Of a stretch of DNA of 64,000 nucleotides, positions 40,333-49,592 are shown in pieces (position 1 is the first letter of the stretch; each line of letters begins with the position of its first letter). This stretch comes from Longimicrobiales bacterium. Lineage in GTDB: Bacteria > Gemmatimonadota > Gemmatimonadetes > Longimicrobiales > Gaopeijiaceae. Made by a program: the position numbers and the translations under genes. Location of the stretch: positions 192,001-256,000 of the forward strand of contig CBDFIQ010000001.1 in NCBI GenBank assembly GCA_965248195.1, read 5' to 3'. The notes under the pieces are model-generated. The model saw only the letters and a list, made by a program, of their open reading frames with translations, searched no databases and had not been told where the DNA came from.

Positions 40333-41379
40333 CTAGAGGATGACGTTGAACTGAAGGATCAGGCCGTTGTTCTCCGTTTCGAAGCCGGCCTTCTCGGTGT
40401 TGATGATGAACGCCGCTCTGATCGCGGCGGCCGGCGTCACGTACACGCTTGCCCCGATCGCGAAACGCCCGAGATCATCCTGGGTGCCTCCCGGCATGTT
40501 GCGGGCGCTCCAGCGCACGGCGGGTTCGAACCGTGAGCCCACCATGTACGAAGCCTGGACGTAGCCACCCGTCTTCTTGAGATCCTTACCCGTGATTTCC
40601 TGCGTGGCGTGGACGACCTCGCCCCGCACCGTGAAGCCATTGGTCTGATAGCTCGCGTCTACCCCGTAGAGGTTCAGTCCCAGGCTCTCGGCGGTCGCGG
40701 ATTCAGCGTATTTGCCCGTGTAAATCGACGTCCCGATGTCGAATCCAGCGTACGGAAACTCCACGCCGATACGTGCGCCCACAGCCTTGTTACCGTCACG
40801 GCCGAAGCTCGCCTTCTCGCGGTCGTTGTCCCGCATTCCGCGGATGCCGTCGCCCTCCTCACCGAGAAGACCATTCACTGCATAAGCATCCCAGACGAAT
40901 CTGCCGTCGTCGTTGATGCTCGAGGCTCCGCTCAACCAAAGACCCACGTCGTTGTAGGTCTGCGGAAGGATATCCCGGAACCCATGAGGCCGGCCCGGAA
41001 CCTTGTTGACCGTGGTGGGATGTAGATCCTTGTTGAAGCGTCCGAAGGGAATGATGAACTTCCCGGCCAAAATCCGAACGTCCTTCAACCCCGTGTATCC
41101 GAAGTAGCCGTATTCCATCGCGATTTCCTCACCGGCGTGTTCGTATTCGATCTCGAACGCCGCGAAGAGGTCATCCACGAGGGAGCCGACCATGATCAGA
41201 TTGAAGTGATGATTGTCGAAGTAGAAATCCTGGTCGCTGCCGTCGAGATTATTCACGACGGCTTCGAAGTCGGCGTAGCCGGATACCGTTAGGCCTTGAC
41301 CCAGGACCACTGCGGGCGAGCCTATGAACATCGCCGTCAGCACCCCTGACACGATTCCCGCTGTAAGTATCTTGGGCAT
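40333..41379 (-). CDS. Outer-membrane porin (OprO/OprP-like)
   Basis: Signal peptide; EIEYEH, GKF.IPFG.FN and K.VGARIG motifs; amphipathic strands. Confidence 0.75.
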   Translation of the reverse strand: MPKILTAGIVSGVLTAMFIGSPAVVLGQGLTVSGYADFEAVVNNLDGSDQDFYFDNHHFNLIMVGSLVDDLFAAFEIEYEHAGEEIAMEYGYFGYTGLKDVRILAGKFIIPFGRFNKDLHPTTVNKVPGRPHGFRDILPQTYNDVGLWLSGASSINDDGRFVWDAYAVNGLLGEEGDGIRGMRDNDREKASFGRDGNKAVGARIGVEFPYAGFDIGTSIYTGKYAESATAESLGLNLYGVDASYQTNGFTVRGEVVHATQEITGKDLKKTGGYVQASYMVGSRFEPAVRWSARNMPGGTQDDLGRFAIGASVYVTPAAAIRAAFIINTEKAGFETENNGLILQFNVIL

Positions 41380-41529
41380 CGTTTGCTCCTTCTCCCGAAA
41401 GTGAACGGAGTACGACTCGGACGTCCTTTCTAGCCGTTTGCTCGGCCCGCCCTTGCCGTGCGTTTGCCTGGTGATGAAGCATTGGCTTCGCGCCGAAACC
41501 TGTCTGTAGGGCTTAGGGACGCTCCATCC

Positions 41530-41546
41530 GTGGGGAATTTCCCGAT
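41530..41546. promoter_or_regulatory. 17-bp palindrome upstream of the porin operon
   Basis: GTGGGGAA-T-TTCCCGAT. Confidence 0.55.
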
Positions 41547-41649
41547 CACCATGTAAGGGACCGGCGACCGATCAGGGGGTGTCGCGGATACCATGCGATA
41601 ACGAGGGAGGGCCGAACGAGGCTCCGGCGGCCTTGGGCCGCTCCTGCTT

Positions 41650-41666
41650 GTGGGAAATTTCCCCAC
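41650..41666. promoter_or_regulatory. 17-bp palindrome upstream of the 41775 gene
   Basis: GTGGGAAA-T-TTCCCCAC. Confidence 0.6.
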
Positions 41667-41774
41667 AACGGATCAGCCACGTCCCGACTGTGCCGGGCTC
41701 GAGACCAAATCATCCTTCATCCATGGACCGAGGAAATGATGGGTCCGATCACGAGTCATCAACCCGGAGGTCAC

Positions 41775-42302
41775 ATGACAAAGTCCAGCAAGAGAGAGTA
41801 CCGGTTCGTCCCGCTGCTTTTCACTGTCTTCCTCCTGATGCCCATGGCCGCTGTGGCTCAAAAGTCCAATACCCAGGCCGCGCAAGACCCGGGCATCCTG
41901 CACGATGTGGCCCTGTCCTTCGTCGCTAACTCCGACGATTTCTCGGCGGACCTCGAGACGGCGTGGCGGATGCACGCCGAGGTGCTGGGGATGAGAACGG
42001 CGGGTGAGGCGCGCTACGCGCATTGTGCGCAAACACAGGGACATCTCGCGTACCACATGGGGAACCTCAAGGAGGCGCAGGCAGCCTTCGAGGCTGCTGG
42101 AGATGGAGCGATGCTGAGGGGAGAGGCCTATGATGCGGCGAATTTGTTCGTGGACGCAGCACTAGTGGCCGCGTCTCGAAACCGATTCCACGATGCCCAG
42201 CGCCTAGGACAGAGGGCGGCTCTCTTCGTCGAATTGCAGCTGCTCAACGCGGAGGAGCGGAGGAACCTCATGCGCCGCCTTCCGGACTTGCTCGAGAGCT
42301 AA
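41775..42302 (+). CDS. Secreted helical (TPR-like) hypothetical protein
   Basis: GGAGG RBS, signal peptide AVA|Q, Ala-rich helices. Confidence 0.6.
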   Translation: MTKSSKREYRFVPLLFTVFLLMPMAAVAQKSNTQAAQDPGILHDVALSFVANSDDFSADLETAWRMHAEVLGMRTAGEARYAHCAQTQGHLAYHMGNLKEAQAAFEAAGDGAMLRGEAYDAANLFVDAALVAASRNRFHDAQRLGQRAALFVELQLLNAEERRNLMRRLPDLLES

Positions 42303-42413
42303 ATACTGCTCTCAGCCGGGCGGCCCTGGAGGAGCGGCATCCAGGAGCGGATCCGATGAACGTCCCCAGGAGGCGGATCCGCTCCGTCTCCGATCCCATC
42401 CGTACGAGGGAGG

Positions 42414-42857
42414 ATGATCACTATGGCAGTCATCGGGCTGGTTGAAGAGAATGAAGCACCGGAAATGGTGAAGAACGTTTATCGGGGCATCAAGAGCACA
42501 CTGGGCATCGACTTCGTTCCCAATATGTACAAGGCGATGGCGAACGACCCCGAATACCTGGCGAGTTCCTGGAACAAGATCCAGGCGGTCATGGGCGGAA
42601 CGGGTGAGCTCGACAGCCTGACCAAGGACATCATTGCCCTCACGGTCTCGGTCATGAGTGGCTGCGATTACTGTATCGGTGTTTACATGGCCGCGGTGCG
42701 GCATGGCGGCCTGAATGACCAGGCGATCCTCGAACTGCTCGCTGTGGTGGACACGTATCGGGGTCTCAGCCAGTTGAACATCGGCTTGCAACTCGAGCCG
42801 GATGGGCGCCCCTGGCACGGGTGTGGAGGCAAGGTGTCTGCTGCGAACGGTACTTGA
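42414..42857 (+). CDS. AhpD/carboxymuconolactone decarboxylase family protein
   Basis: VPNMYKAMA and K.IIAL.VS..SGCDYC motifs. Confidence 0.82.
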   Translation: MITMAVIGLVEENEAPEMVKNVYRGIKSTLGIDFVPNMYKAMANDPEYLASSWNKIQAVMGGTGELDSLTKDIIALTVSVMSGCDYCIGVYMAAVRHGGLNDQAILELLAVVDTYRGLSQLNIGLQLEPDGRPWHGCGGKVSAANGT

Positions 42858-42973
42858 TCTCTCCTGATCCAACGTTGCGGAGAGGACGTGGTGGGCGGGG
42901 GCGTCCGGCTCGATCTTGTGACTCCGGACGCCTGGAAGACCTATTTGTAGCGGCAATTAAGGACGGGCGACTG

Positions 42974-43019
42974 GCTGGCGCCTACCGGCCCGCTCTCGGA
43001 TGTTGACCTCGGTTCGATC
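42974..43019 (+). promoter_or_regulatory. Dispersed promoter/leader cassette, copy C
   Basis: GCTGGCGCCTACCGGCCCGCTCTCGGATGTTGACCTCGGTTCGATC then GGAG RBS and GTG 43033. Confidence 0.7.
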
Positions 43020-43032
43020 CTGGAGTACGCCC

Positions 43033-43659
43033 GTGTCCGATGCTGTAGCCCGCCTAGACGTCGCCCTGAAGGGCCTCAAGACTCTGCTCCCAGCGAGCTT
43101 GTTTCTTCTCCAAATGGGCTGCGGCCAGAGTAGGGGCGCGCGACCCCTTCCTCCCCTACCGGCCGGCGTGACGGCCGACGTCTCGAAGGTGTCCTACATC
43201 GTGAGGGGCACCACGGTCCCGGAGATACGTGAGTCCCTCCGCGCGGCCGCCACCGGAACTCTGGGCGCGGACACGGTCGGACTCCACAAGTCGAGGCTCA
43301 ATCTAGAGTTCGCGTATACGCAACAGGGGAGCTACTGCGAGATGGTCGAGGTCACCCTCGAGCTCGAATCGGCGATCCAGGTGCCGCAGTGGACCGAGCG
43401 TGGGCGGGCGGACTTCAGGGTGGTCGCCATGTGGGATAGGTACATCAGAGCCGTGCGCGCCCACGAATACACCCACCGGGAGCACCTGTACCGCCGCGCC
43501 AGGGACATCTTCCAAGAGCTGTACCGTATCAAGAGTCCGACGTGCGCCTCCATGCAATCGAAGATCACATCGACCACAGCGCGCATTAACGACCGGTATG
43601 GGCGCCTGAGCAAACAGTTCGACGAGGATAGCCGCATCGCGTGGCCCCCGAGTGAGTGA
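43033..43659 (+). CDS. DUF922-like Zn-dependent protease, probable lipoprotein
   Basis: Y.V.G.T, P.W and HEYTH motifs; MGC lipobox. Confidence 0.72.
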   Translation: MSDAVARLDVALKGLKTLLPASLFLLQMGCGQSRGARPLPPLPAGVTADVSKVSYIVRGTTVPEIRESLRAAATGTLGADTVGLHKSRLNLEFAYTQQGSYCEMVEVTLELESAIQVPQWTERGRADFRVVAMWDRYIRAVRAHEYTHREHLYRRARDIFQELYRIKSPTCASMQSKITSTTARINDRYGRLSKQFDEDSRIAWPPSE

Positions 43660-43704
43660 CATCTGCGCGGTTGTGACCGCCGCCGTGGACAGAGAACCCG
43701 GGTT

Positions 43705-44706
43705 TCAAACCGGGAGATCATCAAAGAAGGGACGAGCGATTGGAGTTGGCGACTCCTGATCTGCCAGGTGGATGGGGAAGCCGCCTGCCTCGAGCCCGGC
43801 CGAGACCTGTTTCATGAACTCATCGGCCTTATGACACCACACGTTGCCCGCAGTCGAGCAGTAGCGGTGCATACCTTGGAATCCGAGAAGCTCAGGTGCC
43901 AGTCGGTCGGCGATGTCCCATCGCCAACCTCTTGCGAAGACCCAAAGGGCGAACACGGGCTTGAAGGTGGGTCGGTGAGTCTGCGTCTTCCAGTCCCATA
44001 CAAGGCCCGACAATCGATCTACCAGTTCTCGGAATCCCCGCTTTATTTCTCGGTCGGTGGGGCCAGGTGCTCTGGGGTCTAACCGCCGGAGGCCGATGTT
44101 ATCGAGACAGTCCGAGAGTTCCATGACTACTACTCCGTGGCCAACCGTCGCGAGCTGATGGCGGGCCTTGCGGAGGCAATCGAATGCTCCTCGTTCGGAC
44201 GTGGGATGCTTCACCTCGACGCCATACGACAGGGCTCCGGGTCTAACGAGAAAATCAGGGCCGTCGTCGCTGAAGCGGACTCGCGGATTGAGCCCGCCGG
44301 CTGTCATGACCGCTCCGAACCAAAGCTGAGTCTGAAACTGACGCGGGGCACCACCTGCCATCGGGTCTTCAATCGGTCCTCCCGAAGCGGTGGCCAACCC
44401 TCTCGTTAGCCGGTCGGACACGTCCTTGGGCAGGGCATTCGAGACATCCCTGAAGTCCCGAGCCGTGAGGATTGCCTCCCCCACTTCCGCCAGCGCATCC
44501 TCCCCGGCCGGATACGCACCAACGGTGGCAGTCGAATTGAGGATATCGGCGCATTCCTTCAACCGACTCCCCTCTTTTGATGCGATGCCGAGTTCGTCGA
44601 ATCGTGCAATAGCCGCACGCAGCGCTTCTTCAAGCGAGAGCAGCTGTTCGACGACAACGCGCTTCTCGTCTGGCAGTGGGAGAAACTCCCGCTCGGCCGT
44701 ATACAT
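43705..44706 (-). CDS. Hypothetical protein with PD-(D/E)XK-like motif
   Basis: 333-aa ORF with GGAG RBS; GPDFLV...YGVEVK. Confidence 0.55.
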   Translation of the reverse strand: MYTAEREFLPLPDEKRVVVEQLLSLEEALRAAIARFDELGIASKEGSRLKECADILNSTATVGAYPAGEDALAEVGEAILTARDFRDVSNALPKDVSDRLTRGLATASGGPIEDPMAGGAPRQFQTQLWFGAVMTAGGLNPRVRFSDDGPDFLVRPGALSYGVEVKHPTSERGAFDCLRKARHQLATVGHGVVVMELSDCLDNIGLRRLDPRAPGPTDREIKRGFRELVDRLSGLVWDWKTQTHRPTFKPVFALWVFARGWRWDIADRLAPELLGFQGMHRYCSTAGNVWCHKADEFMKQVSAGLEAGGFPIHLADQESPTPIARPFFDDLPV

Positions 44707-44722
44707 GGACTCCCCACTCCGA

Positions 44723-44751
44723 GATCAGACCGAGGTCAACATCCGAAAGCG
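44723..44751 (-). promoter_or_regulatory. Dispersed promoter/leader cassette, copy D (core only)
   Basis: CGCTTTCGGATGTTGACCTCGGTCTGATC, 16 bp before ATG 44706. Confidence 0.65.
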
Positions 44752-44765
44752 CGAGCCCCCGGCCA

Positions 44766-45599
44766 TCAGTGACTCATCGCATAGACGATGAAGTTAACGC
44801 CCATCTCGTACGCGTAGGTCGAGTATTTGAGCGGGTAGCGGGGATTGTCCGCCCACTCCCAGGCGTCGCCGAGGTCGGTGTTCCAGTTGATGACCACCAT
44901 CAGTCGGCCGTTATCGTCGTGGATCCCTTTGACCATGGGGACGTACCCGTCTGACTGGTGCGTCGGCCCGCCACGGACGCCGTTGCCGACGTTGGGGACC
45001 TGGAGGATCTCGTCGATCTCGTAAAAGGCCGTGAATATCGGATGGTCGAGGGACAGGTCGACGATCTCGTAGCCGGGAAGCACCGACCGGATCTCGTACT
45101 CCCAGTTGGCCCACTGCCGGGAACCCCAGAAGTCGTCGATGACCAGAAAGCCGCCGGCGAGGAGGTAGTCCCGGAGCCCCACAGTCTCTGGCTCGGTGAG
45201 GGCCATGCGGCCGACCTCGAGAGCGTACAGGAAAGGGAAGCGCCTGACCGAAGGGTCGTCCAAACGGATGACGTGCTCATGCTCGTAGGCGTCGAGGTTC
45301 GAGAGCAAACGGTCTATGAACGAGAGGAAGATCCGGTCGGCCTTGGGGTAGTCCGTGGCCCATGATCCTCTCCTCCGCCTGAACCCTCTCCCGTATCCTG
45401 TATACTGCACGCGTGAGAAGTAGAACTCTCGCGGCACTCCCTCTGCCCGCTGGGTGGCTCGGTCGCGCTCCTCACGCGACGGCTGGTCCCACGGATCCGG
45501 CACAGCCGTGAGTAGCGTAAGTGCGACGGCACTCAAGAAGAATAACGATGCCCGCACCACACACTCCGATTCAGGTCGGCTTTGGCTTGCTTCCTCCAC
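44766..45599 (-). CDS. DUF4159 domain protein
   Basis: WATDYP.AD, GGFLVIDDFWG, NTDLGDAWE and GVNFIVYAMSH motifs. Confidence 0.85.
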   Translation of the reverse strand: MEEASQSRPESECVVRASLFFLSAVALTLLTAVPDPWDQPSREERDRATQRAEGVPREFYFSRVQYTGYGRGFRRRRGSWATDYPKADRIFLSFIDRLLSNLDAYEHEHVIRLDDPSVRRFPFLYALEVGRMALTEPETVGLRDYLLAGGFLVIDDFWGSRQWANWEYEIRSVLPGYEIVDLSLDHPIFTAFYEIDEILQVPNVGNGVRGGPTHQSDGYVPMVKGIHDDNGRLMVVINWNTDLGDAWEWADNPRYPLKYSTYAYEMGVNFIVYAMSH

Positions 45600-45731
45600 C
45601 CGCGATGGGTGTCCAGGAACCTACGACTCCCGGACCCAGGGGGTAAAGTCCGGGTCGACTGCGCTTAAAGCCAGCCTCCGACCTGGGGGCCTACCATGGG
45701 CTGAAAAGGTGGACATACGAAATGCGCCCCC

Positions 45732-48214
45732 CTACTCGTAGCGCACCGCCTCGAGCGGATCTACACGGCTAGCGCGGCGAGCGGGTATCCACACGGCCGC
45801 CAGCGCGATCAGGGTCAAAATGACGGGCACGCTCACAAACACGGGAACATCGCGCGGCTCGACTTCAAATAGGACCGACGCCAGGACATTCGCGAGGAAG
45901 TAAGCCGCGCCCAGTCCGACCGCCACACCAACGATCACGAGCGCCATACCCTGCTTGATGACCATAGTCCTGACCTTGCCCGACTCGGCGCCCATCGCCA
46001 TCCGAATGCCGATCTCTTGAGTGCGTTGCTGCACCGAGTAGGCCATCAGGCCGTAGATCCCGATCGCCGCGAGCAGAAGCGCCGAGCCGCCGAACACGCT
46101 CATCAGCAACATGTTGACCCGCCGGCGTGAAGTGGAGATCGACACGATGTCCTCCATCGACTCAACGTCGGTCACGGGTAGTCCAGTTGATTGGCGCAAC
46201 TCCTCCTGGATGGCCGCCGAGATGTTCCCGGGCTCCACCTCGGTCCGCACCACCCAGGCCATCGGCGTAATGCCGACGTTGAGCGCGTTCAAGCACGTCG
46301 GGCACTTGGGCCTGCGGCATGTACAGGGTCGGGCGTGGTTCGCGGGCGAGTCCCAGGGCGCGCACATTGGCCGCGATGCCGATGACCTGGCGAACCGGCT
46401 CCTCGGCGAGCTCTCGCATGATTCCAGCCCCGCCGCCGATATGCACGCGGTCTGCCAGCGGGTCGGCGCCGTCCGTCCAATACTCGTCCGCCAGGGCTTG
46501 ATTGATGATCACTACTGATGGAGCGTTGCCATCATCCAAGTCGGTGAAGTCGCGGCCCCGGACGATGGGAATCTCGAAGGTTTCGAAGTAGCCGGACGAG
46601 CTCATCATGATGCTCGCGCTGCCGGTGAAGGGGTTCTCGTTGGTCCGCCCGATGATGTTGAAAGGAAGGCCGTATCCGCCTTGCAGGGGAACGCAACACG
46701 TGGCGGTCGCTTGGGCCACACCGGGGATGGAACGGATGCGTTCCAGCGCCAGCCGCGCGGTTTGCTCGACGCCATCCGACGTCAGAAACCGTGGGCCGCT
46801 GAGCGAAGTCCGCATGGTCAGCACGTTGGTGGCCGTGAAGCCCGGATCGACTTGACCGATGGCGAGCGACGTGCGGATGAGCAGCCCAGCGCCGATCAGC
46901 AACACGACGCACAATCCCAACTCGGCAACAACGAGCAGCGAGCGAGTCTTGTTTTGACGAAAGCCGCTGCCCGAGCGGCTGCTCGCGTCCTTGATGACGG
47001 CGTTGAGGTCCGTGCGCGAGGTCACCAAAGCCGGCACTAGACCAAACAGAACGCCGGTGATCAACGACAAAGCGACCGTGAAGCTCACGATGCGCCAATC
47101 CATCCCCATCAGCGTGCCCTCGTCTCCAAGCCGCGGCAATCCCGCCGTATTCACGGACAACAGCGCGCGTATCCCGAGGAAACCGACCACCAGGCCCAAC
47201 ACACCGCCCGTCAGGGACAACAAGACGCTTTCAGTCAGCAGTTGCCGTAAGATCCGCCAGCGCCCGGCGCCGAGCGCCGAGCGCCGAGCGAATCGCGATT
47301 TCACGGCTCCGTCCGGTGGCACGGACCAGGAGCAGGTTTGCGACGTTCGCGCAAGCGATCAACAGCACGAAACCAACCGCGCCGAACAAGATCCACAAGG
47401 TCCTTCGCGCCCCGGGGCCGACCATCGTTTCCTGTAAGGTCCGAACCGTGAACCCCCCGTTTTCGCCCAACGCGTTCGGAAAGCGCTCGCGATACTCGTC
47501 AGCTGAGACTTCCATGCGCTCTTGCGCCTGCTCGAGCGTCACCCCAGGCCGGAGTCTCCCCACCGATTGAAAGTAGTGGCCCTGATCGGTCGTGTTCGGA
47601 TCGAACTGGAACGGAACGAAGAGCTCGGGATCACCAAACTCGCGCAAATCGAAGCCCTCACCGACGATACCAATGATGGTGTACGGGTCCCCGCTCAAGG
47701 ACAGGCTCTTGCCGATAATGTCCGGGTCGGCCGCAAGGCGCCGGTTCCAAAAGTTGTAGCTGAGGACCGTGGTTCTCGCCTCGCCGGGCAGATCCTCCTC
47801 CGGAGCAAACCCGCGTCCTTGTATGATCGGAACGCGGAACGCGCGGAAGTAGGCTTCCGACACCTGGCTCGCGGTGACCCGCTCGGGTACGTCGCCGGCT
47901 GTGTAGTTCAGCGAGTTGTTGCGATAGGCCGCGACGTCCTCGAGTACCTCGGTCTGGGCGCGCCAATGCATGAATTTCGCCGGCGAAGCTCCCCCGCCTG
48001 CGTTGCCGATCTCCCGATTACTGTTCATCAATCGGACCATGCGGTCCGGCTCGGCAAACGGGATGGGCTTGAGCACGACCGTGTTTACGACCGAAAAGAT
48101 CGCCGTGTTGGCTCCGATGCCGATCGTCAGCGCCGCAACCGCGGTGAGGGTGAAGCCCGGGCTCTCTCGGAACATCTTGAGCGCGTGTTTCAGGTCCTGG
48201 AGGAAGGCTTGCAT
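45732..48214 (-). pseudogene. ADOP/MacB-like ABC permease with two frameshifts
   Basis: IGANTAIFSVVN, LIACANVANL and QRTQEIGIRMAMGA in three frames; breaks near 47280 and 46295. Confidence 0.85.
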
Positions 48215-48394
48215 CTTGGTGGCTTCCAGCCTGTCGCCGAGTGAGCTGACCGTGGGCCAGTATGAAAAAACGCGTGCTATTGAAAGGTTCCCGCTGGTGA
48301 GGTTGCGTTGGGGATCTTTCGCTGGGTCTGCCGTTGGTGTTGCGGTAGGCGGGATCTGCTCGCGGTTTGTCGATCAGCGCCGCATCTCGAGCGC

Positions 48395-48511
48395 ATGAGC
48401 GAGGAACGCACCCGACGACTCTCCGCGATCGTGTTCACGGACATGGTGGGCTACACGCATGTCACTTTCTCCCGAAACGAAGTATGCTATCAGGGTTGCA
48501 GCGCATGGTAG
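48395..48511 (+). pseudogene. N-terminal stub of a class III adenylate cyclase
   Basis: MSEERTRRLSAIVFTDMVGYT, then unrelated sequence and a stop. Confidence 0.65.
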
Positions 48512-48570
48512 ACCGTCGCGGCAGCCCGTCACTCGTGATCGAGGCGCGCGCGATACCGAAGGAGGAGAAG

Positions 48571-49560
48571 ATGCCCAGGAAGCTGATCACACTATTCGGT
48601 CTCGTTGCGCTGGTCGCGCTGTCCGCCTGCGGTGGTGGCGCGCCAGCCACCGAGGTCGCTGAAGAGACCCCGGTCGTCGACGTCGCCACAGCGGATCCAA
48701 AGAGTCAATTCGCCGGCGCGTGGACGCTGGTCAAGATCGAGCGGTTTGATGCCGACGGCGACCTGCTGGCGCCCCCTATCGAGGACCGCGTCGGCTACAT
48801 CATCTACGACCCGGCGGGCTACATGGGTGTCACGATCATGCAGCCTGACCGGCGGCCGTATGCCGGCAACCAGCGGACGCCCGAAGAGGCGCTCGCTACC
48901 TATTCGACCTACAACTCGTACTTCGGCACGTTCACCGTCAACGAGACCGAGGGGTTTCTGACGCACCACCTGGAGGGCAGTCTGAACACCCGCGGCGCCG
49001 GCTCCGACTACCAGCGCTTCTATACGTTTTCGGGGAATCGGCTGACGCTGCAGCCGCCGGCGGGTGACAACGGTAACAAGACGCAGCTCACCTGGGAGAA
49101 GCTCCCGGACTTGCCCGAATCCGAGCTCACCGAGACGCACAAGCGGCTGTTCGGCTTCTACCGGATCGAGTCGCTTTCGCGCCGGATCGTATCAGGCGAG
49201 TCGGTCCCGGCCAACCAGTACGAAACCGCGTTCATCATCTACGCTCCCTCCGGGCACATGGCGGTGCATCTGATGCGACCGGGCCGCGAGCCGTACGCCG
49301 GCACGGGGCCGACGCCGGAGGAGGCGCTCGCAGCCGTACAGACGTACGGCAGCTACTTCGGTCCGTTCTCGGTGCATGAGGACGAGGGCTATCTGGTCCA
49401 TCATCGGATCGGCAACCTGAGCCCGGCGGGGACCGGGATCGATGCCCAACGTGGCTACGAGCTGACCGACACGCATCTCACCCTGCGACCGCCCGTCGGG
49501 ACCGACAGCGAAGGCCGTCAGGTGCAAAGCGCGCTGAGGTGGGCACGGATCAGCGACTAG
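48571..49560 (+). CDS. Lipoprotein with two lipocalin-like domains
   Basis: LSAC lipobox; duplicated G.W.L...IIY...G.M.V..M...Y.SYFG.F.V unit. Confidence 0.8.
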   Translation: MPRKLITLFGLVALVALSACGGGAPATEVAEETPVVDVATADPKSQFAGAWTLVKIERFDADGDLLAPPIEDRVGYIIYDPAGYMGVTIMQPDRRPYAGNQRTPEEALATYSTYNSYFGTFTVNETEGFLTHHLEGSLNTRGAGSDYQRFYTFSGNRLTLQPPAGDNGNKTQLTWEKLPDLPESELTETHKRLFGFYRIESLSRRIVSGESVPANQYETAFIIYAPSGHMAVHLMRPGREPYAGTGPTPEEALAAVQTYGSYFGPFSVHEDEGYLVHHRIGNLSPAGTGIDAQRGYELTDTHLTLRPPVGTDSEGRQVQSALRWARISD

Positions 49561-49592
49561 AGCTCAGAGCCGGCCGCGACCGGCTCAGCCCT

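Noticed and set aside
38482..41379. MtrAB-like extracellular electron conduit
   Set aside because: Only two CxxCH motifs; no multihaem protein in the window.
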